From Candidatus Margulisiibacteriota bacterium (GTDB lineage Bacteria; Margulisbacteria; WOR-1; O2-12-FULL-45-9; XYB2-FULL-48-7), in the NCBI GenBank assembly GCA_041658645.1, contig JBAZZV010000002.1, positions 35,828 to 99,827 of the forward strand: a stretch of 64,000 bases of DNA, given 5' to 3'. The position numbers and the translations under genes were made by a program. Below are positions 1-10,653 of the stretch, in pieces (the first letter of the stretch is position 1; each line of letters starts with the position of its first letter). The notes beneath the pieces are model-generated. The model was not told where the DNA came from. It did not search any database and saw only the letters and a list, made by a program, of their open reading frames with translations.

Positions 1-3000
1 GAGCTCCGCCAGGATTATATCAGGCTGTATACCCAGCTGTACGAATATGAATCGGCGCGGATGTTTGCCACCGTCCCGGGAGTGGCGTCAAGAAGCCGTG
101 AGATCAGAGCCGATATCATCAAGCGGCTTGACCGTCTGGTCGCCGCCTACCCGGCGCAGAGCTCCGACGTTCAAGACCTCAAAACCGAATTGACCAAGAT
201 CGATCAGCGGGAAACCGCCCGGCTTCCCCACGAAACCGAACGACTGAATATCCTGTATGAATCGGCTCATCGTTTCGGCTCGGACAAGGATAAAAACCTC
301 CAGTTGCCGGACACCGCTCTCCTGGTACGCTATCACTACGAAAAAGCCAACCATCTTTTAACCAGAGTATTAGAAGATAGTCCCCTCCGTCCGCTGATGA
401 TCGCACTCGTCAACGATATAACCACCCGTACTGATACGCCGCTCGGCCAGATTCTGGAGCAATTCGGCCGGCTCGTCCATGACCTGAAAGAAAATGACCT
501 CAACGCTCTCGGCGAATATTTCTTTATGAGGAACCACTACTCTTCGCTGGGTTACGCCGAGACCGAGATCGAGTCGAAGACTGCGGCGCTCAAAGGCCGG
601 GCCCAGGTCGCGATCAAAAAGATCGAAGATATCTGCAAACGACCGAAAGACCGGTCATTGCAAAACAAACTGACGAATTCGCTCCAGAATTTTGTCAGCC
701 ATTTCTATAATCTTCAAAGATCGTATAACATCTATGCCGCCAACAACAACAAATCAACCATCAACTTTACCGCGGCGAATGACCTTATGCAGAAGATCAA
801 TCAAGCTCTGCCGCCTACCAACAAAGACAGCAAAGAGGTTTTCAGTATTCTGGCCGAATTGCCAGAAGATTATGAGCTTGCCAAGGTTGAACTAAGCAAA
901 AAAGCGGCGAAAGAAAACACCAAAGCGATCGAAGCCGACCCAAGTAATCTTTCCGGCGTCAATGCCAGTCAGTTTGATCGGCGCGCCCAGGAAGTGATGT
1001 TAACTCCCAGAATGCTCGGTTTTCTCGCCGACCAGGTTGGGAGCAGCATCGGCCAAAAGTTTACCGCGGCCGACCTGAAAATTAAATACCCCGAACAAGA
1101 CAAAAAGACCCCGTTTGAGGCGAGCGGGGTTTATCTGGTCAGCCATGACCCGGCGACCAACGACCCAATCTTTACCAGAGTCAACGTTGAGCCACCTGCC
1201 CTTGAAGAGCGGAATTTTTCGGGCACCGCGATCAGGCGCGACCTGCCCGACCTGGTTGACCATGACGGCGCCGCGCTTTTCAATATCGCGACCGCCGGCC
1301 GTTCGCATGCCGCTGGTACATTATCGCTGACCAGTTCGCAAGATCGCTGCGCGGTGGACGGCGTAACCGATGAAACGATCACCGGTTTGCTTGATTTTGC
1401 CAGCCAGGGAGATGCCTATGAGCTCCAGGGCGGGCTCGAATTTACCAGTTATGAACAGCCCGTTCTAACCAGCGTCGCTAAATATCAGGGAGATAACGGC
1501 CTGACCGCGCCGGAACAAGCGCTCCTGATCCGGTTGACAGAACCCGAAGCGCGTTTCAAGCCCGAGGAAGCGGCCAGACTTCGTCAATTAGCGGCCAGAA
1601 TAACTTCTATTGCTCCCACTAACCTGACCGTGCCGGAAGACAAGGCGGCCTTTGCCAGCCTGGCGGGAACAATTCAGAGGCGGGTAACCAATTATCTGGA
1701 ACGCAAACCCGGCCTGACCGGACCGGAACAGGCAACCCTGACGCAAATGCGGGAATATATCAAACAGCATAAGTTCGTCATTCAGGGCCGGACATTTGAA
1801 CACGGGCCGACCGACGAAATACTGGCCCTGATACCGGCAGGCGAACGGGCCGACTTTACCGCCTGCTGGCAAAAAACCATGACCATCTTCAAGCGCCTGA
1901 TGTTCCAACTGCAAAAGATGTCGGTCCAGTCGATGCCGGAGAACGACGTCCCGGATGTCGATTCCGCCTGGTACGCGTATCTCTGGCAGTTGGGCAAATC
2001 GTTCGGTTACGGCACGGCCGACGGTTTCCATGAACTGACCTCGCCGCAAAAGATCCAGAATATGCAGCAAACCGGTTTGCCGCCGGCCATGACCATGGGC
2101 GTTAAGATGCAAATGTATCAGGATCGCTATAGCCGGTGGACCGCTAACGCCGCTTTTTACAGCCGGTTGGAAATATTAAGCGATCCCAACGTCAAAGAAA
2201 CACCCGCCTTTACCTCGCCAGAAATGGATCAGCTGCGGGCCTATTTCAAGGTGACCGATGATCAGCAACTGACCAGCGTCTTTGCCGAAATAAAAGCGAC
2301 CGCAAAAATCGCCAATGATTTCGCCGCTTCTCTGGCCAACCTGCAGGAGCAGAAAAACCGGCTTACCGCGCTGCTTGAAGGCCGGCCAATCAACCGCCAG
2401 GATTTGGACGCGATCAAGCCGGGACTGTTCGACACCTTAAAAGCCGCCGGCTATCTCAACGCCGACGGCAAAGTCCAGTCAAAGTTTGTTGACTCGATCA
2501 ATGTCAATCTGGCGCTGACCGACACCGAGAAAAAACAAACGGTCTCTCTCTTGACCCAATACCAGGGGTTAGAAACCCGCTTGCATAATATTCAGGCAAG
2601 ACTGAAAGATCTTAAGCCAGCGGACGATGCCTCCGATGATAATCTCGCCGCGCTGAAGGGAGTTGGTGATGCCGGGGAAAAAGATTACAAAGAAGTCGCT
2701 CGAAAATTAACAGCTCTCACGCAGATCAGAGATAAAATCAGCGAGCTGGTCCGGCTCTCTGAAAGCTATGCCAAAGATCCGATACAGGTTGTCGCCAGGG
2801 TCGACCGGATCAAACAGCAGATCGCCGACCTGGCCGGCAGTGATAACCTGCGCAAACTCAACGCCAATAACACCTTTGAAAACGACCTGCTAAGCGGCTT
2901 AAGGACCGGCTTAAGCGTCGCGGAAACCCAGGCCGAAAAGCTAACCGGGGCCAGGACCAAATACATGTTCTATCTTGAGTTAAAACAAAAAACGCAAATC

Positions 3001-6000
3001 AGCGTCTCGACCGAAGGAACTTTTTTCTCCGGCGACCGTTTTGACATCAATGATTATGAAGCTCTGCAGGGCAGCGGGTTCAGCCGCCTGCTCGACGATC
3101 GTAGTTTTATCGGCGAGATCACCGCCAGTCTGTTCTCACAGCAGGATTCAAAAATCTTCGGCTACCACGGCCGCGACACTTTTAAAACGCCGCGCCAGCT
3201 TTTGAACGCTTTCTTTTTCGGCACGGTTGACCGAACCATGGTCAGCCCCGCCGGCTGGAACGCGTTAGTCAAATTAGGGCTCATCGATGAACAGGGAATT
3301 CTTGTTTCCCGCTTTAACGTCGAGCGGCAATATTTTACTCTAAATGAAGTGTCAGAAGCGGACGCCGGCCAAGCCTACTCGGCAATGGCCGCCGCCTCCC
3401 ATCAGGGCCAGGAGGGATTCCGGTTAGCCACGACTAACACCGAATTCGGAGAAACAAACGAGAGAACCTTGGCCAAACTGGCGATCACCAAAGTTTTTGA
3501 AAGGATCCCCCAGCCCGGCCAGGCCAATTTCCTGATGCCGTTACTGCTCTATTCGTTCGGCAAACATCATAATTTACACGGGGTCGCGAGCTTGCCCCGT
3601 GAATTAACGACCGCTTTGGGCGGCGTTACCGGGCTGGGTGATCATGCCTATGGACCGGAAACAACTGCCGAACAGATTGAGCTATTAAATAGCACTGCCG
3701 GCCAGGTCTATTATAATTTTGTTTCTTCACTGGCCATGGAATCAAGCCAGATGTCGCCCTACGCTCACCTGGCCGACCAGTTACATTTTTACATGATCTA
3801 TAACAGTCCGAACAGCAGTAATTATCTGCGCAGCCTGGTCCAGCCCGGCGGCGATATTAGAACACAGCTCCGCCTGATCAACCGGAGCCAGGTTGCTGAC
3901 TTCGGTCAGGAAGTCCAAACGATGATCGATACCATCAGGCGCAATCCCTTATTACTTAAGGATTTAAACTTGTTAATGGGCGGCCAATCGGGCCAGATCA
4001 AAAGCGCCTTGATGCGCCGGGTCATTAAAGACGCCAATCTCGATCATGCTTTAATGGGCACAGTGGATCCCGCCGGCGTCACTGCCATTTTCGACAACGA
4101 TAACAGCTGGAAACATTTCTTTGAAAATCCCGATAGCCCCAACCACGGCCGGATCAAATTCAAACTCGATTTCCTCCAGCTGATCCAAATCGCCCAGCTT
4201 GATGAAACCAAGAGAGCACAACTTAGAACACTGTTCGGTAAGTCGTTTGTTTTGCCCCCGCGTGATTATAAAGAACAAATCGACCGTTTGTGGCCCGCTG
4301 GCCGGACGGAACCATTTAGTAATTTCACCGATCCGACCAACGCGCCGGCGGAGCTCGTTGCCCTGTCCCAGGTATTTGAAGACTTGACCAAGCTTTCTCC
4401 CACGGTCAATCGCTCCCGGAACACCGATGACCCGAAACGCCGGGCGCTCTCTTCTCTTAGCCTTTCAGAACGTTTGATCGAATGGGGCGCGCTGAAGGAA
4501 ACCGGCGGTAAAACCCCAAAAAATATGTGTGTGCTGGAAAATGTGGAATATAACCCGAATGGCGGCACGATCAACCGGCCGACTGTCAACTTCGCTTCAC
4601 GCTACTATCGGGACACCAAGACTTGGCTCGGCGAAACCTACGGACCGCAATTTGTCCAGGACGTCTATCAAACCTTTACCGACAAAGAAGCGGCTATCAG
4701 GGTCCTGACCCAGTTCCGCAACCATCTGCTGACGCAAGCCGTTAATTATGGTTGGAAAATGCCGCGCAGTATTGCCACCGGATTAAGCGCTATTATTGGC
4801 GGTTTGATTGAGGCGTATAAAACCGACAGCCCGACCGAGAGGGCCCAAATCCTGGCCAAAGTTTTCGAGCAAGCCGGTTCCACCGGCGCTTCATTTTCCG
4901 GCTACGAAGTTTTCAGCGAAATCTTCTGGGGCAGTTTAAAGGACCACGCGGAACAGGGCAATATCGGGGCGCTGGCCGCGGAAGCGATCTTGATCCCCGT
5001 TATGTTCAGCGCTACCGGATTTACCTCAAAAACCATTTTAGCCTGGGGCAAGAACCAAAAGGTCCGGCTCTGGGATAGAGCGATCAAAAATCGAATGACC
5101 CCGCTGGAAAGGGGCTACGCGATGAGGAATTTGTCGCATATCCTTGAAGGGACCGGCGTAAAAATCCTGACCGCGCTGCCCAGATATGGCCTCGTTGAAC
5201 CTGTTCGCCGCGGTATCAGAGCAGCTAAAGCAGGTGGTACCGGTCCCATCGACCCCCGCCGTCCTCTCCAAATCGAGATCGGCCGGTCAATTGAGATCGG
5301 TGTCGGTAATGATTCCGGCGCCCACGTTACTTCGACCGCCTGGAACCGGGCTAATTATTATGGACGAGGTGTCTGGTGGGGCAATGACGCTGTTACCGGC
5401 GGGATCAGCCACGGTTATCACGCTGCCGGCGACCTGGTTACCTCACTGCCGGGATTTCTCGGTCGATCGGCCCTCACCGCTGTCACAAAACTGGACGATA
5501 AAGCGAAGGTGAAAGATCTATCCGCCGCTGGTGAAATGATCGACCGGCTGCGGAACATCCGCTCCAATCCTGACGGCTTCACACCGATCAACATCACCAG
5601 AGAACGGCCGGAATTCGCTAAAGAAAGAAGCCTGCTGGAACAGAAAATTAAAGCGGGCCAGCCTTTGACCGGCCAGGAACAAGCCCGTCTTCAGCAACTC
5701 ACCAGCGCGGTGAAAAAAGGGAAAGTCTACGTGAAGAACTCCGACCTGTGGCGCTGGATCGAAAACAGCAAGGTTGACGGACTGGCCAACCTGCGCGGTA
5801 AATTCCCGGCTGGCAGCCGCCAGGAATGGAACACCGAAATAGGGCAAATGCGCAAATTCGTTGAACAAAACCGCGCGGCAATCGACGTTCCGGTCGACAA
5901 CGGGAACGTGACCAACGGGGTTAAACTGCTGACCGATCTGGCGCAAAATCCTGACGCTTTAACCCGCGAATATTCCTTCCCGGTCGAAGAGGCCGAAGGC

Positions 6001-8514
6001 AAAATAGTTATCAGAAAATTAAGAGGCGATCAGGTGGCCAGACTGGTGGCAACCGCCGGACAGAACAAGCCAACCCCTTTTGTCGAAGAATTCGGCCTGA
6101 CCGAGCCGGCGGCCGCCCAGATCGTCGGGCAAATCCAAGGTGAATTTCAAGCGGTTGGCCAACCGGCAAGAATGGTCAAACTGGCCGAATCAGCCAACCG
6201 GATGACTTTTCAAAATCCGATCGAAGCGGAATTCCGAAAGATGGGTCTCAGCCACGCCAAGATCAATGATGGGGCCTTCTTAGATGTCGCGCCCGAAGAT
6301 ATTGAAGCGTTCAAAGAAGCGGCTAGAAAAGCTAAAGACAACGGCCTGACCAGCATCGAGATCGAAAGCGGAGTCAGGTTCGGCGGAGAAGGCAGGCCTG
6401 CTCTTCTCGAGCTCATTAAAACACTTAATAACAACCCGCTCAAAAAGATCAATGTTGCCCAGAAACGCAATGGCTACTTTCTTAATGAAACAACTCCTCT
6501 CTCACAACCCAGCGTTGTCGACGCTGCGGAAATCGCTGACCAAGTCAAAGCCGCGCGCCGCGACCTGGAATTGGCCAGGGATAAAGCTTTAGCCAGAATT
6601 GATGCCCAGAATATCACGGCTGACCGCAAAGCGCAGATGAAAACCGAAGCCCTGCACACCTGGGAACGGGAAATGTTCGGTCTGGAAAAGGCGATAGTTG
6701 AAAAACGGGCGCTTGAAGCGGAAATTAAAACAGAGCAAGCCGCCGCCCGCCAGCTTTATGGTGAGATCACAACTTTACGAAAACAATTAAAAACTGTTGA
6801 TAAAAATCCCGCCGAAACCGCCCGTCTCAAGTCGCTGATCGGAGCTAAGACTGCCCAGCTCGAAGGGATCAGACAGCCGCTGGGCATTAAGGTCCGCGCT
6901 TTCACGCGTGCTCACGGCCCCATGATCGCCCTGATCCTCGGCCTTGACATCGCCATGAACTGGCATGAGATTAAAACCGGCGGGGCCGGCCAGGCAGCCG
7001 CCACCGGCGCCGCCGCGCTCGGCGGTTATCTTGCTTTCGCGGCCGGTGAAGAAGCTTTTGTTAATCTCTTTAAGGTCGGCAAAGGAGCGGCCGGACCGTT
7101 GACCGGCGCCGCACTCGGGGTGACCGTTGCCACCCTGCGGCACAAAGAAACTTTGATGGGTGGTGATCGGTCCGCTAAAGCGGCCGCGCTGGCCGACATC
7201 GTTAAAGAAGGAGTCGCCGGTTATCTGGCGGTCAAAGCTGGCGCATTGGCCGCCGCTCCGCTGGCCGAAAACCCGCTTTTAGCCGGAGCCGTGGGACTTG
7301 GGGTTGGCGCCCTGGTTTACGGCGGTATCGAATGGGGTGGCGAAGCGCTCGGCTATAAGCAATGGATCGACAGGACGGTCACCAAAGGCCATCTGGTCGA
7401 TTCGTTCAAAGAAAAAGACAAATTCGGCATCTCTCTCAAAGTCAATAATAATAGCGCCAATCTCCCCTATTTCAACGAACAGAACGAAACCGTGACAGTT
7501 GATGGGCAAGCCGTTAAGATCTCGAAAGCCCAGCAATTCCTGGGGGTCATACAGGCGGCGGTTAATTTCAATAAAATGCGCCCGGCCGAGCGCGCAGAAT
7601 TCATCAGGCAAAACGGCGAATTCGGCCGCCTGCTGGGCCGTTACATGAGGACGATCAACCAGATCAACCAGCTTGAAGTCAACGGGTACGCCGACCTGAC
7701 CGACGAAACGCTCGACCGGGCCAACTCGGCCATTGAACAATATCGCGAGGAACACGGCCTGCGGGATTCTGACGACGGCAATATCAAACACCGTTTTGAT
7801 ATTAAAGTTAACCGGCGTTTCACGCCGGTCAACGACCCGATCACCGGCCAAACGGTTGGACAGCAAGTGCTCTATGACATTGAAGTTACCGGCGCCAGGG
7901 TCAGCCGCGGTTTTGGCCAGGCCGGGATCGATCAACTTTATGAAACAAAAACTTATTCCGGCAACGGGGTTGAAGGAAATCTTGACCGGCTTCTGCAGTC
8001 CTCTATCATCCTGCAAACAGCCGATCCCGAAGCTCCTAATCAATACAATATCGGTCTGAATGAGTTAGCCGCGCATAATATTGCCCTGCCCTTAACCCAG
8101 CTCGATCGCTTCCCGGTCGCCCGGCAGGAATTGGCTTCCCGCCTTAGCCACCTCGGTTATCGAGTAACTGACGACCAGGATCAAATGACGGCCGGCAGTT
8201 TAATGGCGGCCTATCTTGAATTTACAAATGATCAGGGCAATCCGACAACTCCAACAACTATCGCGCTCCCCGGCGGCGCCCAGCCGGTTGGTCCGGAGCC
8301 GGTTTTCATTAACCTTTCCGGCTACCAGCTTGACCCGGCTCTGATCAATGCCGCCCGAAGCCAAGTGAAGCCGCAGGCGCTGTCGCTTAAAACCAATCCG
8401 TTTGTGACTGCCGATAGACGGTCGGTCGCCAGTCCCAAACTTGAGCCAACCGTTTTGCGTAATTTGTTGGGTGAAGATCTCCCGATAACTGCGGATTTGA
8501 ACGTAGCTGGATGA
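1..8514 (+). CDS. Giant uncharacterised protein, 5'-partial. The reading frame is open from nt 1, so the protein exceeds 2,837 aa. It has a Gly/Ala-rich hydrophobic block of several predicted TM helices at about nt 6900-7330. No domain was recognised by eye.
   Basis: An uninterrupted ORF in frame 1 runs from the window edge to the stop at 8512-8514. The first ATG at 61 is internal. Codon usage is consistent with neighbouring genes. The hydrophobic segment reads GGAGQAAATGAAALGGYLAFAAG...AGAVGLGVGALVYGGIEWGG. Confidence 0.8.
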   Translation, partial: ELRQDYIRLYTQLYEYESARMFATVPGVASRSREIRADIIKRLDRLVAAYPAQSSDVQDLKTELTKIDQRETARLPHETERLNILYESAHRFGSDKDKNLQLPDTALLVRYHYEKANHLLTRVLEDSPLRPLMIALVNDITTRTDTPLGQILEQFGRLVHDLKENDLNALGEYFFMRNHYSSLGYAETEIESKTAALKGRAQVAIKKIEDICKRPKDRSLQNKLTNSLQNFVSHFYNLQRSYNIYAANNNKSTINFTAANDLMQKINQALPPTNKDSKEVFSILAELPEDYELAKVELSKKAAKENTKAIEADPSNLSGVNASQFDRRAQEVMLTPRMLGFLADQVGSSIGQKFTAADLKIKYPEQDKKTPFEASGVYLVSHDPATNDPIFTRVNVEPPALEERNFSGTAIRRDLPDLVDHDGAALFNIATAGRSHAAGTLSLTSSQDRCAVDGVTDETITGLLDFASQGDAYELQGGLEFTSYEQPVLTSVAKYQGDNGLTAPEQALLIRLTEPEARFKPEEAARLRQLAARITSIAPTNLTVPEDKAAFASLAGTIQRRVTNYLERKPGLTGPEQATLTQMREYIKQHKFVIQGRTFEHGPTDEILALIPAGERADFTACWQKTMTIFKRLMFQLQKMSVQSMPENDVPDVDSAWYAYLWQLGKSFGYGTADGFHELTSPQKIQNMQQTGLPPAMTMGVKMQMYQDRYSRWTANAAFYSRLEILSDPNVKETPAFTSPEMDQLRAYFKVTDDQQLTSVFAEIKATAKIANDFAASLANLQEQKNRLTALLEGRPINRQDLDAIKPGLFDTLKAAGYLNADGKVQSKFVDSINVNLALTDTEKKQTVSLLTQYQGLETRLHNIQARLKDLKPADDASDDNLAALKGVGDAGEKDYKEVARKLTALTQIRDKISELVRLSESYAKDPIQVVARVDRIKQQIADLAGSDNLRKLNANNTFENDLLSGLRTGLSVAETQAEKLTGARTKYMFYLELKQKTQISVSTEGTFFSGDRFDINDYEALQGSGFSRLLDDRSFIGEITASLFSQQDSKIFGYHGRDTFKTPRQLLNAFFFGTVDRTMVSPAGWNALVKLGLIDEQGILVSRFNVERQYFTLNEVSEADAGQAYSAMAAASHQGQEGFRLATTNTEFGETNERTLAKLAITKVFERIPQPGQANFLMPLLLYSFGKHHNLHGVASLPRELTTALGGVTGLGDHAYGPETTAEQIELLNSTAGQVYYNFVSSLAMESSQMSPYAHLADQLHFYMIYNSPNSSNYLRSLVQPGGDIRTQLRLINRSQVADFGQEVQTMIDTIRRNPLLLKDLNLLMGGQSGQIKSALMRRVIKDANLDHALMGTVDPAGVTAIFDNDNSWKHFFENPDSPNHGRIKFKLDFLQLIQIAQLDETKRAQLRTLFGKSFVLPPRDYKEQIDRLWPAGRTEPFSNFTDPTNAPAELVALSQVFEDLTKLSPTVNRSRNTDDPKRRALSSLSLSERLIEWGALKETGGKTPKNMCVLENVEYNPNGGTINRPTVNFASRYYRDTKTWLGETYGPQFVQDVYQTFTDKEAAIRVLTQFRNHLLTQAVNYGWKMPRSIATGLSAIIGGLIEAYKTDSPTERAQILAKVFEQAGSTGASFSGYEVFSEIFWGSLKDHAEQGNIGALAAEAILIPVMFSATGFTSKTILAWGKNQKVRLWDRAIKNRMTPLERGYAMRNLSHILEGTGVKILTALPRYGLVEPVRRGIRAAKAGGTGPIDPRRPLQIEIGRSIEIGVGNDSGAHVTSTAWNRANYYGRGVWWGNDAVTGGISHGYHAAGDLVTSLPGFLGRSALTAVTKLDDKAKVKDLSAAGEMIDRLRNIRSNPDGFTPINITRERPEFAKERSLLEQKIKAGQPLTGQEQARLQQLTSAVKKGKVYVKNSDLWRWIENSKVDGLANLRGKFPAGSRQEWNTEIGQMRKFVEQNRAAIDVPVDNGNVTNGVKLLTDLAQNPDALTREYSFPVEEAEGKIVIRKLRGDQVARLVATAGQNKPTPFVEEFGLTEPAAAQIVGQIQGEFQAVGQPARMVKLAESANRMTFQNPIEAEFRKMGLSHAKINDGAFLDVAPEDIEAFKEAARKAKDNGLTSIEIESGVRFGGEGRPALLELIKTLNNNPLKKINVAQKRNGYFLNETTPLSQPSVVDAAEIADQVKAARRDLELARDKALARIDAQNITADRKAQMKTEALHTWEREMFGLEKAIVEKRALEAEIKTEQAAARQLYGEITTLRKQLKTVDKNPAETARLKSLIGAKTAQLEGIRQPLGIKVRAFTRAHGPMIALILGLDIAMNWHEIKTGGAGQAAATGAAALGGYLAFAAGEEAFVNLFKVGKGAAGPLTGAALGVTVATLRHKETLMGGDRSAKAAALADIVKEGVAGYLAVKAGALAAAPLAENPLLAGAVGLGVGALVYGGIEWGGEALGYKQWIDRTVTKGHLVDSFKEKDKFGISLKVNNNSANLPYFNEQNETVTVDGQAVKISKAQQFLGVIQAAVNFNKMRPAERAEFIRQNGEFGRLLGRYMRTINQINQLEVNGYADLTDETLDRANSAIEQYREEHGLRDSDDGNIKHRFDIKVNRRFTPVNDPITGQTVGQQVLYDIEVTGARVSRGFGQAGIDQLYETKTYSGNGVEGNLDRLLQSSIILQTADPEAPNQYNIGLNELAAHNIALPLTQLDRFPVARQELASRLSHLGYRVTDDQDQMTAGSLMAAYLEFTNDQGNPTTPTTIALPGGAQPVGPEPVFINLSGYQLDPALINAARSQVKPQALSLKTNPFVTADRRSVASPKLEPTVLRNLLGEDLPITADLNVAG

Positions 8515-8661
8515 TAAGGGGATATTAATGGGCGGGTACAGCGGAAAACAGGCCCGTTGTGGCCCGCCCTTTAATGATCGCCTTCGCTTTATTCTCTTCT
8601 ATTTGACTCGATAGGCCCTCATACCTCGCCAGCCCTTTTTAAAAGTATGTTATAATATTTT

Positions 8662-9561
8662 ATGGCTAAAAAGAAAACTAATTTTATTAACGGGTTTGAG
8701 ATCGAACTAACCAACCATTGCAACGCTAATTGTGTCTTTTGTCCCAGAAAAGCCTTGACCAGATCGAAAGGTTTTATGAGTTGGGATGTTTTCAAGAAAA
8801 TCATCGAAAGGATCCCCGAGTTTGGCGCGGAATTTATTATCTTTTCTGGTTTTGGCGAACCGCTCATGCATCCTGACTGCCTTGACTACATTAAATATTT
8901 GCATGATAACCAGCCGAAAGTCAGAATTGAATTGATAACTAATGGGACTTTTTTGACCCCGGAAAGAACGGATAAGCTCAAAAATATTACGATTGATGAA
9001 TTAACCATCAGTTTTTCCTGCGAAAGCAAAGCCGCATATGAGAAAACCATGAGAAATATTCCTTCGGACCAGATTATCAATAATTTATCTTATCTGTCTA
9101 AAAATGGCGGAGACCTGCTTAATAAAACAATGATCAGGCCCGTGCTAACCAAAATATTTGATTATCCTCAATGGACAGCAATGCAAAACATTCTGGCTCA
9201 CCTGGGTTTTAGGCCGAAAAACTTCGATAAAGCGGTACTTTGTATTAACCGAGGCGGTTATTTGCCGCCCGGCGAAGTATGGGATGAACAATTTCTCAAA
9301 GAAAAGGGAGTGGAATTCTATCCGCCGGAAAATATCTCCTGTTTGATGTGGGCTAATACATTGCAGCTCGCCTGGAATGGGGATGTTCTGCTTTGTTGTT
9401 GCGATATTAACAAAAACACCGACATTGGGAATATCACGACATCAAAGATAGATGATCTTCTGGCAAAGATATTATACTATCGTCATTATAAGTATAAACC
9501 GGAAATCTGCTATCGATGCAATGCCCCTTTTGTTTTCAACGGATTTAAAAAATACGATTAA
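8662..9561 (+). CDS. Radical SAM enzyme with a C-terminal SPASM/twitch-like Cys cluster (299 aa).
   Basis: CNANCVFC is a CX3CX2C radical-SAM motif near the N-terminus. A Cys-rich C-terminus (CLMW...LLCCCDINKN...CYRCNAP) is typical of SPASM-domain maturases. A TATAAT box lies just upstream of the ATG. Confidence 0.8.
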   Translation: MAKKKTNFINGFEIELTNHCNANCVFCPRKALTRSKGFMSWDVFKKIIERIPEFGAEFIIFSGFGEPLMHPDCLDYIKYLHDNQPKVRIELITNGTFLTPERTDKLKNITIDELTISFSCESKAAYEKTMRNIPSDQIINNLSYLSKNGGDLLNKTMIRPVLTKIFDYPQWTAMQNILAHLGFRPKNFDKAVLCINRGGYLPPGEVWDEQFLKEKGVEFYPPENISCLMWANTLQLAWNGDVLLCCCDINKNTDIGNITTSKIDDLLAKILYYRHYKYKPEICYRCNAPFVFNGFKKYD

Positions 9562-9600
9562 GTGGCGGACTCCGCGCTAAAGCCGATAGGGATTATACTT

Positions 9601-10587
9601 TCAACTCGCCTTCCTATAAACAACACCAAAATCCTGGGCGCAACGGATATCCCTGAATTTCTCAAATATTGTGGCAAAAATACCGAGTTTTATGTCCGCG
9701 ATAAATGCCACATATCGATTTTTCATCAGCATTTTTACCATCAAAGCCAGAAATTTAACTACTGGATATTTTTTTTGATAGCCTTCCCCGTAAAATCTCA
9801 AGAAATCATAAAGCGGCACAAACAGATCATAGATCAATTCAACTTTTTCCTCTTTTAGGCCGAGCGCGCGGAAACGATTGAGCGTTTCAGCGGCTCTTTC
9901 CAGCCCAAAATGACCGCTTATCTCGATTACGAAATATTTATGAAAAAGGTCCTTGTCCCTCTTGGCAAAATTGTAGAATAAATTATTCGCATCGGCCTCA
10001 ATGACATGGGCCATAATCCCGCCTGGCTTAAGCACCCGACACATCTCTTTTAATAGCTGGTCTTTTTCAGCGGCCGGAATATGGCCGATCATGTCAGTGC
10101 TGACGACAAAGTCAAAAATATTGTCCTGAAACGGCAAATTAAGAACATCCGCCTGGGCGACCAGCGGGTATATTTTCCTCGAATCCTTGAGGGCGCTCAT
10201 GGCGATGTCAACGCCGATCACCGGCCCGATCTGGCGATAAAAGCTTCTTCCCGCGCCGCAGCCAACATCTAAAACAAAGCCCTTTTTGCCGTTTAACGCC
10301 TTTTTCAGGAACTTTTCGCGGCGCAAGCTCAAGCCAAGTCTTTCCGAAAGATAATACATTATTTTATCGATGAAAGGCGCGCGAGCCGATAGTTCGAGAT
10401 GCATTTTGTAGGTCCATTCTTCGTAGAACTGGCTGGGCGGGTTTGGCGCAAAAATCGGGATGTCTTCGTGGATATTGAAAACGTGACTGTTCTTGCAAAC
10501 TAGTTGGTTCTGCCCGGCCAGTGAAATCTCGGCTTTACAAACCGGACAGATAAACAGATTGGTCAATGAATCAAATTTGTTGGCCAT
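9601..10587 (-). CDS. Class I SAM-dependent methyltransferase with an N-terminal zinc-ribbon (RlmA-like architecture), 328 aa.
   Basis: N-terminal CPVC...18 aa...CKNSH zinc-ribbon. VLDVGCGAGR is SAM-binding motif I. DxxxD/acidic motif II and LKPGG are also present. Confidence 0.75.
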   Translation of the reverse strand: MANKFDSLTNLFICPVCKAEISLAGQNQLVCKNSHVFNIHEDIPIFAPNPPSQFYEEWTYKMHLELSARAPFIDKIMYYLSERLGLSLRREKFLKKALNGKKGFVLDVGCGAGRSFYRQIGPVIGVDIAMSALKDSRKIYPLVAQADVLNLPFQDNIFDFVVSTDMIGHIPAAEKDQLLKEMCRVLKPGGIMAHVIEADANNLFYNFAKRDKDLFHKYFVIEISGHFGLERAAETLNRFRALGLKEEKVELIYDLFVPLYDFLRFYGEGYQKKYPVVKFLALMVKMLMKNRYVAFIADIKLGIFATIFEKFRDIRCAQDFGVVYRKAS

Positions 10588-10653
10588 TGGACGGCATTAT
10601 AACTCTTTTTGCGCTTCTCAGGCAAATGATGATTAATGAGGCAGTAGTTGAAT

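Noticed and set aside
9562-9858. A 98-aa plus-strand ORF immediately after the rSAM gene.
   Set aside because: It overlaps the 3' part of the methyltransferase gene on the opposite strand. The sequence is low-complexity with no RBS. It is probably spurious.
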